Shown here one piece after another: positions 28,353-37,998 of a stretch of 64,000 nt of DNA. The stretch's first letter is position 1. Each line of letters opens with the position of its first letter. The position numbers and the translations under genes were made by a program. The stretch lies in sequence record NC_041884.1; one strand, written 5' to 3'. Below the pieces are notes generated by a model. That model ran no database searches, was not told the DNA's origin, and saw only the letters and a list, made by a program, of their open reading frames with translations.

Positions 28353-28838
28353 ATGGAAGTACGTAAAAAAACAAGATCAAGACAACAAGCAGAAGAAGTG
28401 TACATTCCTCCTCAAGCTACAGAAGAAGAATACCAAGAACCAGTTTTATCAGAAGAAGATAAAAAACTTCAAGAATTATACAATACACTTCAAAAAGCTT
28501 ATGGTGATAATGCACCACTAATTTCTTCCTTAGAAGCTTGGAAGAAAAGGTGGGGTAATATACATATCTCAAAAGTAAGTTCTGAGAGAAATGAATATTA
28601 TATTTGGAGAACATTAAGACGATATGAATATAAAGAACTTAATGTAGGTAATGCTTTAGATGATCCAGAATCTACTAATGAATTATTAGTAGAGAAATGT
28701 CTACTATTTCCTGACTATAATTTTACATTTAGAAATCAAACAGATGCTGGTATCATTACAACATTAGGTCAACAGATTTCCTATAAGTCAGGTTTCGTTA
28801 CTCCTCAAGAAGCACTATCTCTCATTTACATTGCTTAA
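28353..28838 (+). CDS. tail assembly chaperone
   Basis: Synteny; YIWRTLRRYEYK...LVEKCLLFP...AGIITTL.QQI..KSGF pattern. Confidence 0.65.
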   Translation: MEVRKKTRSRQQAEEVYIPPQATEEEYQEPVLSEEDKKLQELYNTLQKAYGDNAPLISSLEAWKKRWGNIHISKVSSERNEYYIWRTLRRYEYKELNVGNALDDPESTNELLVEKCLLFPDYNFTFRNQTDAGIITTLGQQISYKSGFVTPQEALSLIYIA

Positions 28839-28850
28839 CAGGAGATCTAC

Positions 28851-29381
28851 ATGTTTCTCACATCAGGAACATCTTATTACATAATAGCTTTATCAGGCTC
28901 TTACATTCATTGTAAGAGCGGATTAGTTATCCCTTCCCCACAAGTTAAAATCAAACTTCTCACCTATTCAGATCTATACAAAATAAACTTAATGGAACAA
29001 TCAAAAATCTCTTTAGAAGATATATATGAAGAGATTTGTAATAAGTGTGTTTTAGGTATTCAACACTTTGAAGATGAGGAGATAGACTATATTTCATCCC
29101 CTGCGGGAATCGTTGGGCATATAGGTCAGAATATTTTACACCATAGTAAAGATGTATTTTTTGACCTTCCTAAAACATTTGAAGCCTTTTCTAACAGTGT
29201 AACTTTAATAGATCAGATACAGGCTTTCGTATCCAGATATACATGTACTCCTATAAAAGAAGTTAGAGAAATGCCAATAGATCAACTATTGAAAGATTAT
29301 AGTATTATACAAGCATCTTTTCCTCAAGAAATACAACCAATACAAGCAACAGAAGATGAAATAAGTAAAGTAGGTGGATAA
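28851..29381 (+). CDS. second tail assembly chaperone-like protein
   Basis: Precedes the tape-measure-like gene; C-terminal TPIKEVREMPIDQLL resembles chaperone-T motifs; has its own AGGAG SD. Confidence 0.5.
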   Translation: MFLTSGTSYYIIALSGSYIHCKSGLVIPSPQVKIKLLTYSDLYKINLMEQSKISLEDIYEEICNKCVLGIQHFEDEEIDYISSPAGIVGHIGQNILHHSKDVFFDLPKTFEAFSNSVTLIDQIQAFVSRYTCTPIKEVREMPIDQLLKDYSIIQASFPQEIQPIQATEDEISKVGG

Positions 29382-32300
29382 TGGCTAATTACATAACTCC
29401 CTCTAAAGAGATGCTAGAACAAGAGGTAGAAGATAAGAAACTAGAAACTATAATAGATATCTCTAAAGGGAGTGCTGTAGTTGGAGCTGCTTATTATTTT
29501 AATAAGGAATTTGGTAATGCAGAGTCCTCAGTTTCAAAATTCTATCAAAAATTACTAGGAACTGAGTATTTACAACGTCAACTGAATAAGGGTTCTCCTC
29601 TAGCAGACCCTTCAGGAAAATTTGCTAATCAATCTCTAGTTAAATCAATGCTCTCTCAGTTAATGGCTGTAGAAGAAGCTTCCCCTTTACATATATTACG
29701 TACATTACAGCTTAGTAATATTATTAATCCTTATGTCTCCATGACTCAAGCAGACCAAGAAGTAAGATTTTCTAAAAGACAAGTACTATTTCAAAAACAT
29801 TACTTTGAAGCTATGGCTAAGTTTGCTAATAAAGATTTAGATGATAAAGCTATTAAGTCTTTAATGAAACAGGCAGAACATAATGGATTGATATACAAAG
29901 CTGGAAGATTGTATGTAGGTAATAATGATGGAACTATAGGAGACACGTTTGCTAAAGTTGCTAAACTTTCTTTAGCAAATATTAGACAAGGTTCTGTTAA
30001 TTCTCCTAATCAAATGTTTCTTAATTACTCTAAGGCAATTGGTGGTCAGATAGATCTAGATAATTATCATATTAACCCATTAGTGGTTATGGGGGCTGAT
30101 AGTGAAAGTAAGTTTGCAGCTAAATGGGGACAGTCTTGGTTTAAATACGCATTAGAAACAGGTATGAGATCTCTCGATAACCCATTAGCTGGTGTCGAAG
30201 AAATGATGAGTGGCTTAGGAGCTGATAGAACATCCTTGTTTCAATCTAAAGCTTGGTTAATAGCTAAAAGACATCTGAATGTTAACTTAGGTACTAATGG
30301 AGACTATAACTTAGGAATTAGAGAATCATTAGTTAAATCTGGTAAAAACATAGCTGTGAAATCTGCTAAGATTGCAGTAGGTTATGAAGTATTAGACTCA
30401 GTTCTTAGAACTATATCTCCTTCTGATGGATTATTCAGTGAAGGTCTTTTTACTGGTTTAGTTAACACATATGCTAGTATGAGAATAGACTTTGCTAAAG
30501 CTTGGTCAGACCGTTTTCAAGGTTACAAAAAGTCTCAAGAAGAAGCCGCCCCTGGCTCTACTAATATTAGTTCACTACTAGCATTACCTTTATCAGGGGC
30601 AATGTTTGGAGCTCAGATGGGCTATTTTGGAAGGTTAGGAAAGACACTAACATCTAATGCTGATGAAGCTGCTGATATTTATAATGTAGCTAAAGAATCA
30701 AAGCTCTTATCCGCAGTAGGGATTAAAGGTGAGTTTAAACCTATGAAGAGAAATGCTTACATAGGGGCTCTAGCAGGGGCTACACTAGCTCTTCCTTTCT
30801 TACCTGGAGCTTTGATAGGGTCTAGTTCAGAAGAGCTACAAGAGCTTTACAGTGGCGATAAAGAGGTAGCTCAAAAAGCTAACAGATGGTGGGTAATGGG
30901 TGGTAACTCATGGGAAGGAAGTCATACTAAATTCTTTTCTAAACATTTCGTAGCAAGAGTTAACGCTGATGCAACAGATAAGGTTAGATATGGAGATGAT
31001 GAGACTAAGAAGAAACTTAATCCTCTTCTTCATCCTTTTTCTTACCTACAAGATCCATATAAGTTTGAAAAGATGCACGCTGAAGATATGCCATATCCTA
31101 TATGGGGTATGGATGTAGGATATGGTTCCATATTTGGTAAGTTGTTTGAAAGAACTGTTGGTCAGATTATTAAACCAGATGTAGTTAACCCTGCAATATA
31201 TGATTTATCAGAAGCTGCATCTCATTTCACAACTAGAGCTGGAGCTGCTACCTTTATTAAAAATGCGATTTTAGGAAAGATGGGAGAAAAAGATCAAGAT
31301 CAAAGTTCCTTACTTATCCCTACCGCTGTAAATAGAACAGATGCTAGTTTAATAAATGCAGGATTACTTAGTCATCCTGAAGCTGCTAGATATAATCCTA
31401 ATGTAGAAGGAGCAGGGTTAGTTTATCAAGCATTAACAGACTTAGTAGGTATTAAAGGATGGGCGGCTTCATTTCCATTAGCCTCCATAGGAATAGACCC
31501 TTCAAACGTACCTCTACAACTAGCTAGATCTGGGGAAGCAACTTCAGCAGCTAGAGATTTAGTATCTCAGAACCTAGGCGATATGGCAGGGATGGGTGAA
31601 TTCCAACGTAAGATTTTAGGAACTTCATCTGGGTCTATTATAGATAGATCAAACCCTCTAACTAATAATCTTCCTTCTTGGTTACCTTCAACTGACTCTC
31701 AATACTATATAAACTTTAGAAAAGGTAATGCCTATGATAAGGTGCCTTTAGGTGAAGAAAGAATTGCAGGAGAAGGTTTTGGAGCTTTAAATAAAGAAGT
31801 TGAAGGTGTTGATCCAGAAGACTACAGTTTAGTTTATAAGTATAAAGTACTAGCTGACGTTGCTAAAGGGTCTAGAGAGCATATTAGAACTCGCCAGAAT
31901 ATTCTCCAAGCATACAATGCAGGAAAACTTTCAGATAGAGAAACAGAGATTCTAGAACAAACTTTACAGCAAGAACAAGAAAGAGACCAAAAGAAAACTT
32001 TCTATGAACCATCTTCAGTTGGGAAACGTTTTGGATTCGGCCCTATAGGTTATGTACAAAGTTCTATATGGGATTTTGTATCTAAGCATAGCGAATCTCC
32101 TCTAGAAATGTTAACTCCAATTAGACCTTCTGCTAAGTTTCTACATAATAGAACTGCTATACAAGATTATGTAGAAACTCAACTAGGAGGTACTGATGCT
32201 GCTGTATGGACTAACTATTATTCTCACTTCATTAAACCTGCTTTAAATAAAACCAGATTAACATTTGATGGCGGATTTAGACCTGAAGAAAAGCTTGAGA

Positions 32301-33172
32301 AAGATACAATTAATGAATACTTTGATAAGATGAAACACATCAAGAATAGATCAGATGTTAATCCTTATAATGATTCTAATTCAGTTGTAGCTACGTCCAT
32401 GTCTGGGTTGAATACAGTAGATAAAGTAATGAAGTTTAAAAAATCATTATCAGATGATGAACGTGATTACTTCGAGTCTTTTTCTAAAGAAACATCAGAG
32501 AAAAAGAGGGATATGATTAGATCATTATTACCTTCAGATGTGTTACGAGGATATGAACAGATATGGCGAAATGTTGATATAGCTAAGGATGCTAAAGAGA
32601 GAGGTATAAGTGTACAAAAAGCTATTGCTGATGACATACATAATAATACTAATAAACTTAAATCAGCTATGGATGTATCCCTATCAGATAAAGAAAGACA
32701 AATAGCTAGAGATAAAGTTAAGTCTAACTCAGATAGCTATTGGAATATGGGTTTTAGTGAATCAGAGAGAATTCAATACACTGAAGATGAGTTGTTAAGA
32801 CTTAAGATGGCAGACATGGAATCATTAACATATCTTAATAACTCTACTGGAGTTCCATCTAAGAAATTCATGGGTTGGGATCCTAGATTAAAGACTGATG
32901 ACATCAAGATAAGAACATTATCTGTAGGTGGAGAAGATCTTAAGAGATTTGGATTCTGGCAGAAAGATGAAGAGAGGATGAATCGATTAGAATTCTTAAA
33001 ACAAGATAACGAAGTAGTACAATCGTTAGATGAAATTAAACATGAGCTTAAGAAGAATAGATATATGAAGCAACAGATAAGTGACTTAATGTTTAAACAT
33101 GGTTTTAAAACTAACAATATAGATGTAGTTGACTCTAGTTATGGAGATTTAATAATTGAAGGACAAAGATAA
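29381..33172 (+). CDS. tape-measure-like or ejected protein (1263 aa) with Gly-rich hydrophobic segments
   Basis: Canonical tape-measure position after the chaperones; helical; hydrophobic stretches LLALPLSGAMFGAQMG and IGALAGATLALPFLPGALIG. Confidence 0.55.
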   Translation: MANYITPSKEMLEQEVEDKKLETIIDISKGSAVVGAAYYFNKEFGNAESSVSKFYQKLLGTEYLQRQLNKGSPLADPSGKFANQSLVKSMLSQLMAVEEASPLHILRTLQLSNIINPYVSMTQADQEVRFSKRQVLFQKHYFEAMAKFANKDLDDKAIKSLMKQAEHNGLIYKAGRLYVGNNDGTIGDTFAKVAKLSLANIRQGSVNSPNQMFLNYSKAIGGQIDLDNYHINPLVVMGADSESKFAAKWGQSWFKYALETGMRSLDNPLAGVEEMMSGLGADRTSLFQSKAWLIAKRHLNVNLGTNGDYNLGIRESLVKSGKNIAVKSAKIAVGYEVLDSVLRTISPSDGLFSEGLFTGLVNTYASMRIDFAKAWSDRFQGYKKSQEEAAPGSTNISSLLALPLSGAMFGAQMGYFGRLGKTLTSNADEAADIYNVAKESKLLSAVGIKGEFKPMKRNAYIGALAGATLALPFLPGALIGSSSEELQELYSGDKEVAQKANRWWVMGGNSWEGSHTKFFSKHFVARVNADATDKVRYGDDETKKKLNPLLHPFSYLQDPYKFEKMHAEDMPYPIWGMDVGYGSIFGKLFERTVGQIIKPDVVNPAIYDLSEAASHFTTRAGAATFIKNAILGKMGEKDQDQSSLLIPTAVNRTDASLINAGLLSHPEAARYNPNVEGAGLVYQALTDLVGIKGWAASFPLASIGIDPSNVPLQLARSGEATSAARDLVSQNLGDMAGMGEFQRKILGTSSGSIIDRSNPLTNNLPSWLPSTDSQYYINFRKGNAYDKVPLGEERIAGEGFGALNKEVEGVDPEDYSLVYKYKVLADVAKGSREHIRTRQNILQAYNAGKLSDRETEILEQTLQQEQERDQKKTFYEPSSVGKRFGFGPIGYVQSSIWDFVSKHSESPLEMLTPIRPSAKFLHNRTAIQDYVETQLGGTDAAVWTNYYSHFIKPALNKTRLTFDGGFRPEEKLEKDTINEYFDKMKHIKNRSDVNPYNDSNSVVATSMSGLNTVDKVMKFKKSLSDDERDYFESFSKETSEKKRDMIRSLLPSDVLRGYEQIWRNVDIAKDAKERGISVQKAIADDIHNNTNKLKSAMDVSLSDKERQIARDKVKSNSDSYWNMGFSESERIQYTEDELLRLKMADMESLTYLNNSTGVPSKKFMGWDPRLKTDDIKIRTLSVGGEDLKRFGFWQKDEERMNRLEFLKQDNEVVQSLDEIKHELKKNRYMKQQISDLMFKHGFKTNNIDVVDSSYGDLIIEGQR

Positions 33173-36100
33173 TGGATAAACGATTAGCAGCTGTTGCCGC
33201 TGGAGCTTTAGGAGCTGCATACACTACAGACATATTTGAAAATCCTATAACTGGTGTTGTAAATGCTGGTATTGGAGCTGCAATGGGTAGTATGCTTATT
33301 CTACCCGAAGTAGATGTTCGTAACTTAGCCAAAGTAGTTACAGGAGTTAAGCAAGATGAGGCTTCAATATTAGATAGAGCTTCTAGTGGAATATCTAAAC
33401 AAGAGGAAAAATTAAGAACAAACTTCTCGACTAGAGTAGAAAGCTTCATAGATAGTTTTATGAAATATTCTGAAGGTGATGGATTAGAGAATGGTTTTAA
33501 AGAAAATCTAGATACTGTTATAAAAAATTCTAAAAGTATTGAGACCATATTAAAGTCTAGAGGGTATAACAATATTCCTAGTCTTCCTGAAGATCCAGCT
33601 AAGTTTAGTGAATTCTTAAAAGGACTAACAAATAAGCATGATATCTCAAGTATAATTCCTCTTTTCTCTGAAGATGCAATCGATTTTGTTAACACTAATG
33701 CTGTAAATGCTCCTAAAGTTTCTCAATACACTACTAGAATTGATGGGTCATTATCTCAAGAAGATAAGATTAAAAAACTGGCATCAGTCTTTGAAACTCA
33801 GTTTGGAAATAAAGTTGAAGATGCTATGGACAAAGCATCAATGTTTGTTAAACGAGCTGTAGGAGATATTAAGATATCTGATGGTAGTATTATTCTTAAT
33901 GATGTTGTTGACTCCAAATCTGTAACTGTACCTATTACATCTTATGATGCAAATGGAATTAGATATCATAATGCTGGAAATGGTAGAGCAATGGCTGTAA
34001 AAGGATTCTCTCCATTTGCATCTTTATATATGAATGAAGGTGTATCTTCTTATGCTTATGATTTTGCAGACGGAAGAAGACTAGTTACATTGGAAGATGT
34101 TGAAAGAGGATTAGATCCTGAAATGATGTTAAAGTTTCTTCCTGAAAAATCTCCTATGGCTGACTATGTAGGTAATATGAAAAAATTAATTTCATATGAC
34201 GCCTCAGAAGCTGCACATGAGATAATCGATGGACCTAACTTTACTGTAACATCTCCTCAACTTAAGAACTTATCTACTATTACTTCTTTAGAGTACCAAT
34301 TGAATATTGATTCACAAGGTAATATCAATCACAATAGACCTCTTGTAACTCCTTCAAGTTATCTACAGAAAGAGGGAGGAGGAAGTGCTGTAGCTGATAT
34401 AGTGATTAATAAACTCTCTATTGATAATAAAAGAGCTCATAAATATGGTATTGGTACATCAGGAAATAAGTCATTGGATATCCAGACCAATCCTAATAAA
34501 GGTACTATAGGTATGTTTGTTCCTAAAACTCGTAATCCTAGTGGATCTGTACTTAGAGATACAGCCCCTGTTAAGAGGGGTCAAGGGATGCAAGCTTTAG
34601 ATATGATATATGGAAATTTTATTAAAGATAATTATGCATCAGCTCAAGTTGTTAATAAACTAGATATTAATAATGCCAAAGCCTTTAATGAATTTGCAGT
34701 TGCTTTAACAGGGCAAAATCAAACTATTCTTGCTGATGGTTTTGGTTTGTTTAATAAAGGACATTCAGAAGCATTCAGTATTAAGACTACAGCTGAATTA
34801 GCTATTCCTCTTGACAATAGAACCTTAATGCTTAATAAGGACCTGAAAGAAGCTTTAGAATCTCCAAATTTAAATGATTTTTTAAGAGAGAAGGGTGGGA
34901 TTAACATTGGAACAGATATTCTTGGGTACGATGCTAATGGAAGACCGTTCCAATTAGGTAAACAATTCTCAGAAGGAATTATAAAATCAGGTAGACGAGA
35001 TAATAATGGAAGACTTTTACTATCTATAGATGCTAGATTTAATCCTCAATCGGAAGAGAGTTTGAAATTCTTTTCTGTAGGGTCTAAATCATTAGCAGAG
35101 GGAATAGAACAAACAAGATTTAATATTCTTGCATCTGTAGGTTCGTTAATGAATGAAGGTTTAGTATCATTTCAAAACAATGTACTAACAGCTAATGATA
35201 CTGCTCCTGAAGCTCTTAAACTTGCACTAGGGAACGGACTAGGATTAGACGATATTAAAAGACTAGATCAAAATAGGCATTTCTCTGTATTTATGAGACA
35301 AGATGTCTCTATGATTACAGAAGCTTCTAAGACTGGTATGAGTGACTTACAACATCTTTTAAATGCATCTCCAGATGATGAACTCTTTCAAGAATTTGCT
35401 AAAGCTCACAATATCACTAAATTATTAATGGATAATCCAGCACAGAAGAGATCTATTGTTACAGCTGCTTTCTTAATGCAAGAAAATAAAGCTAATGAAG
35501 ATATAACTTCTGCTATCGCTACTAGACTTATGAAGCCTTTACAAGATTTAAAAAATCAAGTTTCAGGCTCTAAAGACTACAGATCTATTGTTAACTTAAT
35601 GAATGCTGGTATTATACCTAAGACTAAAAACTTTACTCCTGAATTGATTGATCAAGCTATAAATAATGTAGCATCTGCATGGCGATCCGCTACTAGTATT
35701 AATAAATACTATAAAGGTGATAGATTAGCTCAAATGGAAGATTTAACTAGACTTGTTGCTCTTTCTGGAATTGATTCAGATTTAAGAGGAGGTGTTTCTA
35801 GTACTATTGGTACAGTTAATAAAGGTAGAGCGAATGTAGGTACTGGAAATAAAGCAAGTATGTCATGGGTAGCTAGAACAAGTTTACTAGGTTCTGGATA
35901 TTCAAGAAAGCAATTAGATCTTTTTGGAAAGATAGATGACGGATTACTGTATGAGGTTAACTCCCTACAAAGAGAGACAGCCTTTCAAACTAAATCTGTG
36001 AATTCGTTTATAACAGGAAGAGAAAAAGAACTTAGTTCAATACTAATGAATACAACTCCTGAACAAAGGATTAGTAGACTTAGAAGTGCTTTTGCATACG

Positions 36101-37983
36101 ATAGTAAAAATCCTTATATTAGTTATAATTTTAATTACACTGATCATGATATTAAATCTCTTAATTTCTCTCTCATTTCAACAACAAGAAGTGGTAAGTT
36201 TGATTTTAAAGACAGAGAGTTAATTAAAGAATTAGAGTCTAAACGCTTAGATTTACTTAATTTAGATATTGCTTGGGGAAGAGCTTCAGGTAAAGAAAAA
36301 ACTAGATTAGGAAAAGAACTCAAAGCTGCTCTAGATAGTTATACTACTTACAGAACAAATATGTTGTCTGGTGATAACAGTTTAATGAAAGGAGCTTTAA
36401 AACTTTACAATGAGTCTTCAGGAATCTATGAAGTTAAACCTGTAGGAGGAGCTGCTGAACGTCTTTTTGCTAAATCAGAATTGAATGCAGATGGTTCTTA
36501 TAAAGGAATTTCAGACAAGGTTGTTATGTCAAAAGGAGGAGTAAGGGAGTGGGCTTCAAGATTAGGTATTAAGGCAAAAGATATAGAGTTATTAGATACA
36601 GAAGAATTAGGTAAAGGTGAGCAGTCTCTTAAGAGAGTTATGTATAGAGATGCTGATAATAGATTAGTTCCTCTCTCATTAATGGCTTCTCGTGAACCAG
36701 CACAAGGTACAATGTCTTCTCAATTATTAGATGTAGTTCTTGATTCAACTATAGATCATAATGACACTGCTTTATTCTTCTCTAGAGGAAGTGCTGCTTG
36801 GTCTATTATGATGGGTGGAGACCACGATCAAGACCAAGCAGCTGTATTAGGAAATAAGCACTCTTACTCTGAGTATAGAGACTTGAAAAACACAGCAGAT
36901 ACCATTAGAGAACGTAATGCAACTCATCTTAATGACTCGTTACTGATGTCACCTAAAGGAAGTACTAAATCAGCAGTTACATTAAATAACTTTGGAAGTT
37001 TAGCAGAGTACAGTGAATATAATAACAAATCAGCTATGCAAGGAACTATTCGTAAAGATATTTCTCCTATGGCTACAGAGTTTAAGATCAATGTTAGTGA
37101 AGCTGTTAAGAAACGTTTCTATGGGGATGCAGACTTAATTACTGAAGCTGAAAATGCTTTATATAGATCTGTAGAAGGTCTATTAAAAACAAGTCACATC
37201 AGCACTGAAGACTTTACAGGTACTATGGCAATACAACAACTAGATTTTGCAAGAAGACAATATGTAGAAGGGGTATATGACAGTGATAAGTACGAGAAAG
37301 TTTTAAGAGAACATATACCATCTATCCTAGGATATGACGAGAATAAACCTAATGCAGAAAGACTTTCTAATATAGTTGATAACTTAGTTAGTGCTGAAAT
37401 AGATCAAGCTAAACGAGTTCATAGGGAAGCCTTCACTCCTACTCAAATCAATAAGGGTGAAAGGTCTGCTGCTCAGACTACAGCTAATATAGGGTCAATA
37501 TTAAAAGCTCAAGATATTGTAGATGTAGAAGAAGGAATAGATATGGCTCGTTCTCCACAGCAGTTGTATCATGGTGCTACTGATGCTATTATGGATACGT
37601 TTAAACGTAACAAGAGTTTAATTGCTGTTGGATTATCAGCAATGGCTGGAGTTTCATTATTAGCTAGAGAACAACCATCATTTAGTGACTCCAGAGATAA
37701 TGTAAGGATGCATAATACTCAAATGTTACAACAAAGAATAGACCCTGAAACAGTAGAAACAGGAATAGAAACAAATGTTAATAGAACTAACTACATTCAG
37801 CCTCAATACAATTCTAATAAAGCTGTTAGAATGTCTGGAGACTTTGTAGAACAAAGTTATAACACTTATGAACAATTCCCTTCTGACTTAATGGATTCAG
37901 CTGACACTCAAGTACAATCATTACAAAATGCTGTATTTGGAAATGATATGAGAAACGCAAGATTAAATATTACAGACTTATAA
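33172..37983 (+). CDS. putative single-chain two-barrel (double-psi beta-barrel) RNA polymerase, probably virion-packaged
   Basis: Beta-like ILAD522G and LK632FFSVGSK639SL, then beta'-like SR1174EP and GGD1217HD1219QD1221QAAV, matching bacterial NRAP...NADFDGDQMAV in order and spacing. Confidence 0.8.
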   Translation: MDKRLAAVAAGALGAAYTTDIFENPITGVVNAGIGAAMGSMLILPEVDVRNLAKVVTGVKQDEASILDRASSGISKQEEKLRTNFSTRVESFIDSFMKYSEGDGLENGFKENLDTVIKNSKSIETILKSRGYNNIPSLPEDPAKFSEFLKGLTNKHDISSIIPLFSEDAIDFVNTNAVNAPKVSQYTTRIDGSLSQEDKIKKLASVFETQFGNKVEDAMDKASMFVKRAVGDIKISDGSIILNDVVDSKSVTVPITSYDANGIRYHNAGNGRAMAVKGFSPFASLYMNEGVSSYAYDFADGRRLVTLEDVERGLDPEMMLKFLPEKSPMADYVGNMKKLISYDASEAAHEIIDGPNFTVTSPQLKNLSTITSLEYQLNIDSQGNINHNRPLVTPSSYLQKEGGGSAVADIVINKLSIDNKRAHKYGIGTSGNKSLDIQTNPNKGTIGMFVPKTRNPSGSVLRDTAPVKRGQGMQALDMIYGNFIKDNYASAQVVNKLDINNAKAFNEFAVALTGQNQTILADGFGLFNKGHSEAFSIKTTAELAIPLDNRTLMLNKDLKEALESPNLNDFLREKGGINIGTDILGYDANGRPFQLGKQFSEGIIKSGRRDNNGRLLLSIDARFNPQSEESLKFFSVGSKSLAEGIEQTRFNILASVGSLMNEGLVSFQNNVLTANDTAPEALKLALGNGLGLDDIKRLDQNRHFSVFMRQDVSMITEASKTGMSDLQHLLNASPDDELFQEFAKAHNITKLLMDNPAQKRSIVTAAFLMQENKANEDITSAIATRLMKPLQDLKNQVSGSKDYRSIVNLMNAGIIPKTKNFTPELIDQAINNVASAWRSATSINKYYKGDRLAQMEDLTRLVALSGIDSDLRGGVSSTIGTVNKGRANVGTGNKASMSWVARTSLLGSGYSRKQLDLFGKIDDGLLYEVNSLQRETAFQTKSVNSFITGREKELSSILMNTTPEQRISRLRSAFAYDSKNPYISYNFNYTDHDIKSLNFSLISTTRSGKFDFKDRELIKELESKRLDLLNLDIAWGRASGKEKTRLGKELKAALDSYTTYRTNMLSGDNSLMKGALKLYNESSGIYEVKPVGGAAERLFAKSELNADGSYKGISDKVVMSKGGVREWASRLGIKAKDIELLDTEELGKGEQSLKRVMYRDADNRLVPLSLMASREPAQGTMSSQLLDVVLDSTIDHNDTALFFSRGSAAWSIMMGGDHDQDQAAVLGNKHSYSEYRDLKNTADTIRERNATHLNDSLLMSPKGSTKSAVTLNNFGSLAEYSEYNNKSAMQGTIRKDISPMATEFKINVSEAVKKRFYGDADLITEAENALYRSVEGLLKTSHISTEDFTGTMAIQQLDFARRQYVEGVYDSDKYEKVLREHIPSILGYDENKPNAERLSNIVDNLVSAEIDQAKRVHREAFTPTQINKGERSAAQTTANIGSILKAQDIVDVEEGIDMARSPQQLYHGATDAIMDTFKRNKSLIAVGLSAMAGVSLLAREQPSFSDSRDNVRMHNTQMLQQRIDPETVETGIETNVNRTNYIQPQYNSNKAVRMSGDFVEQSYNTYEQFPSDLMDSADTQVQSLQNAVFGNDMRNARLNITDL

Positions 37984-37998
37984 TAAAAGGATAATAAT

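Noticed and set aside
28790-28860. Possible lambda G/GT-type -1 frameshift between the two tail chaperone genes
   Set aside because: No X-XXY-YYZ slippery heptamer is visible near the first stop, and the second ORF has its own AGGAG SD and ATG.
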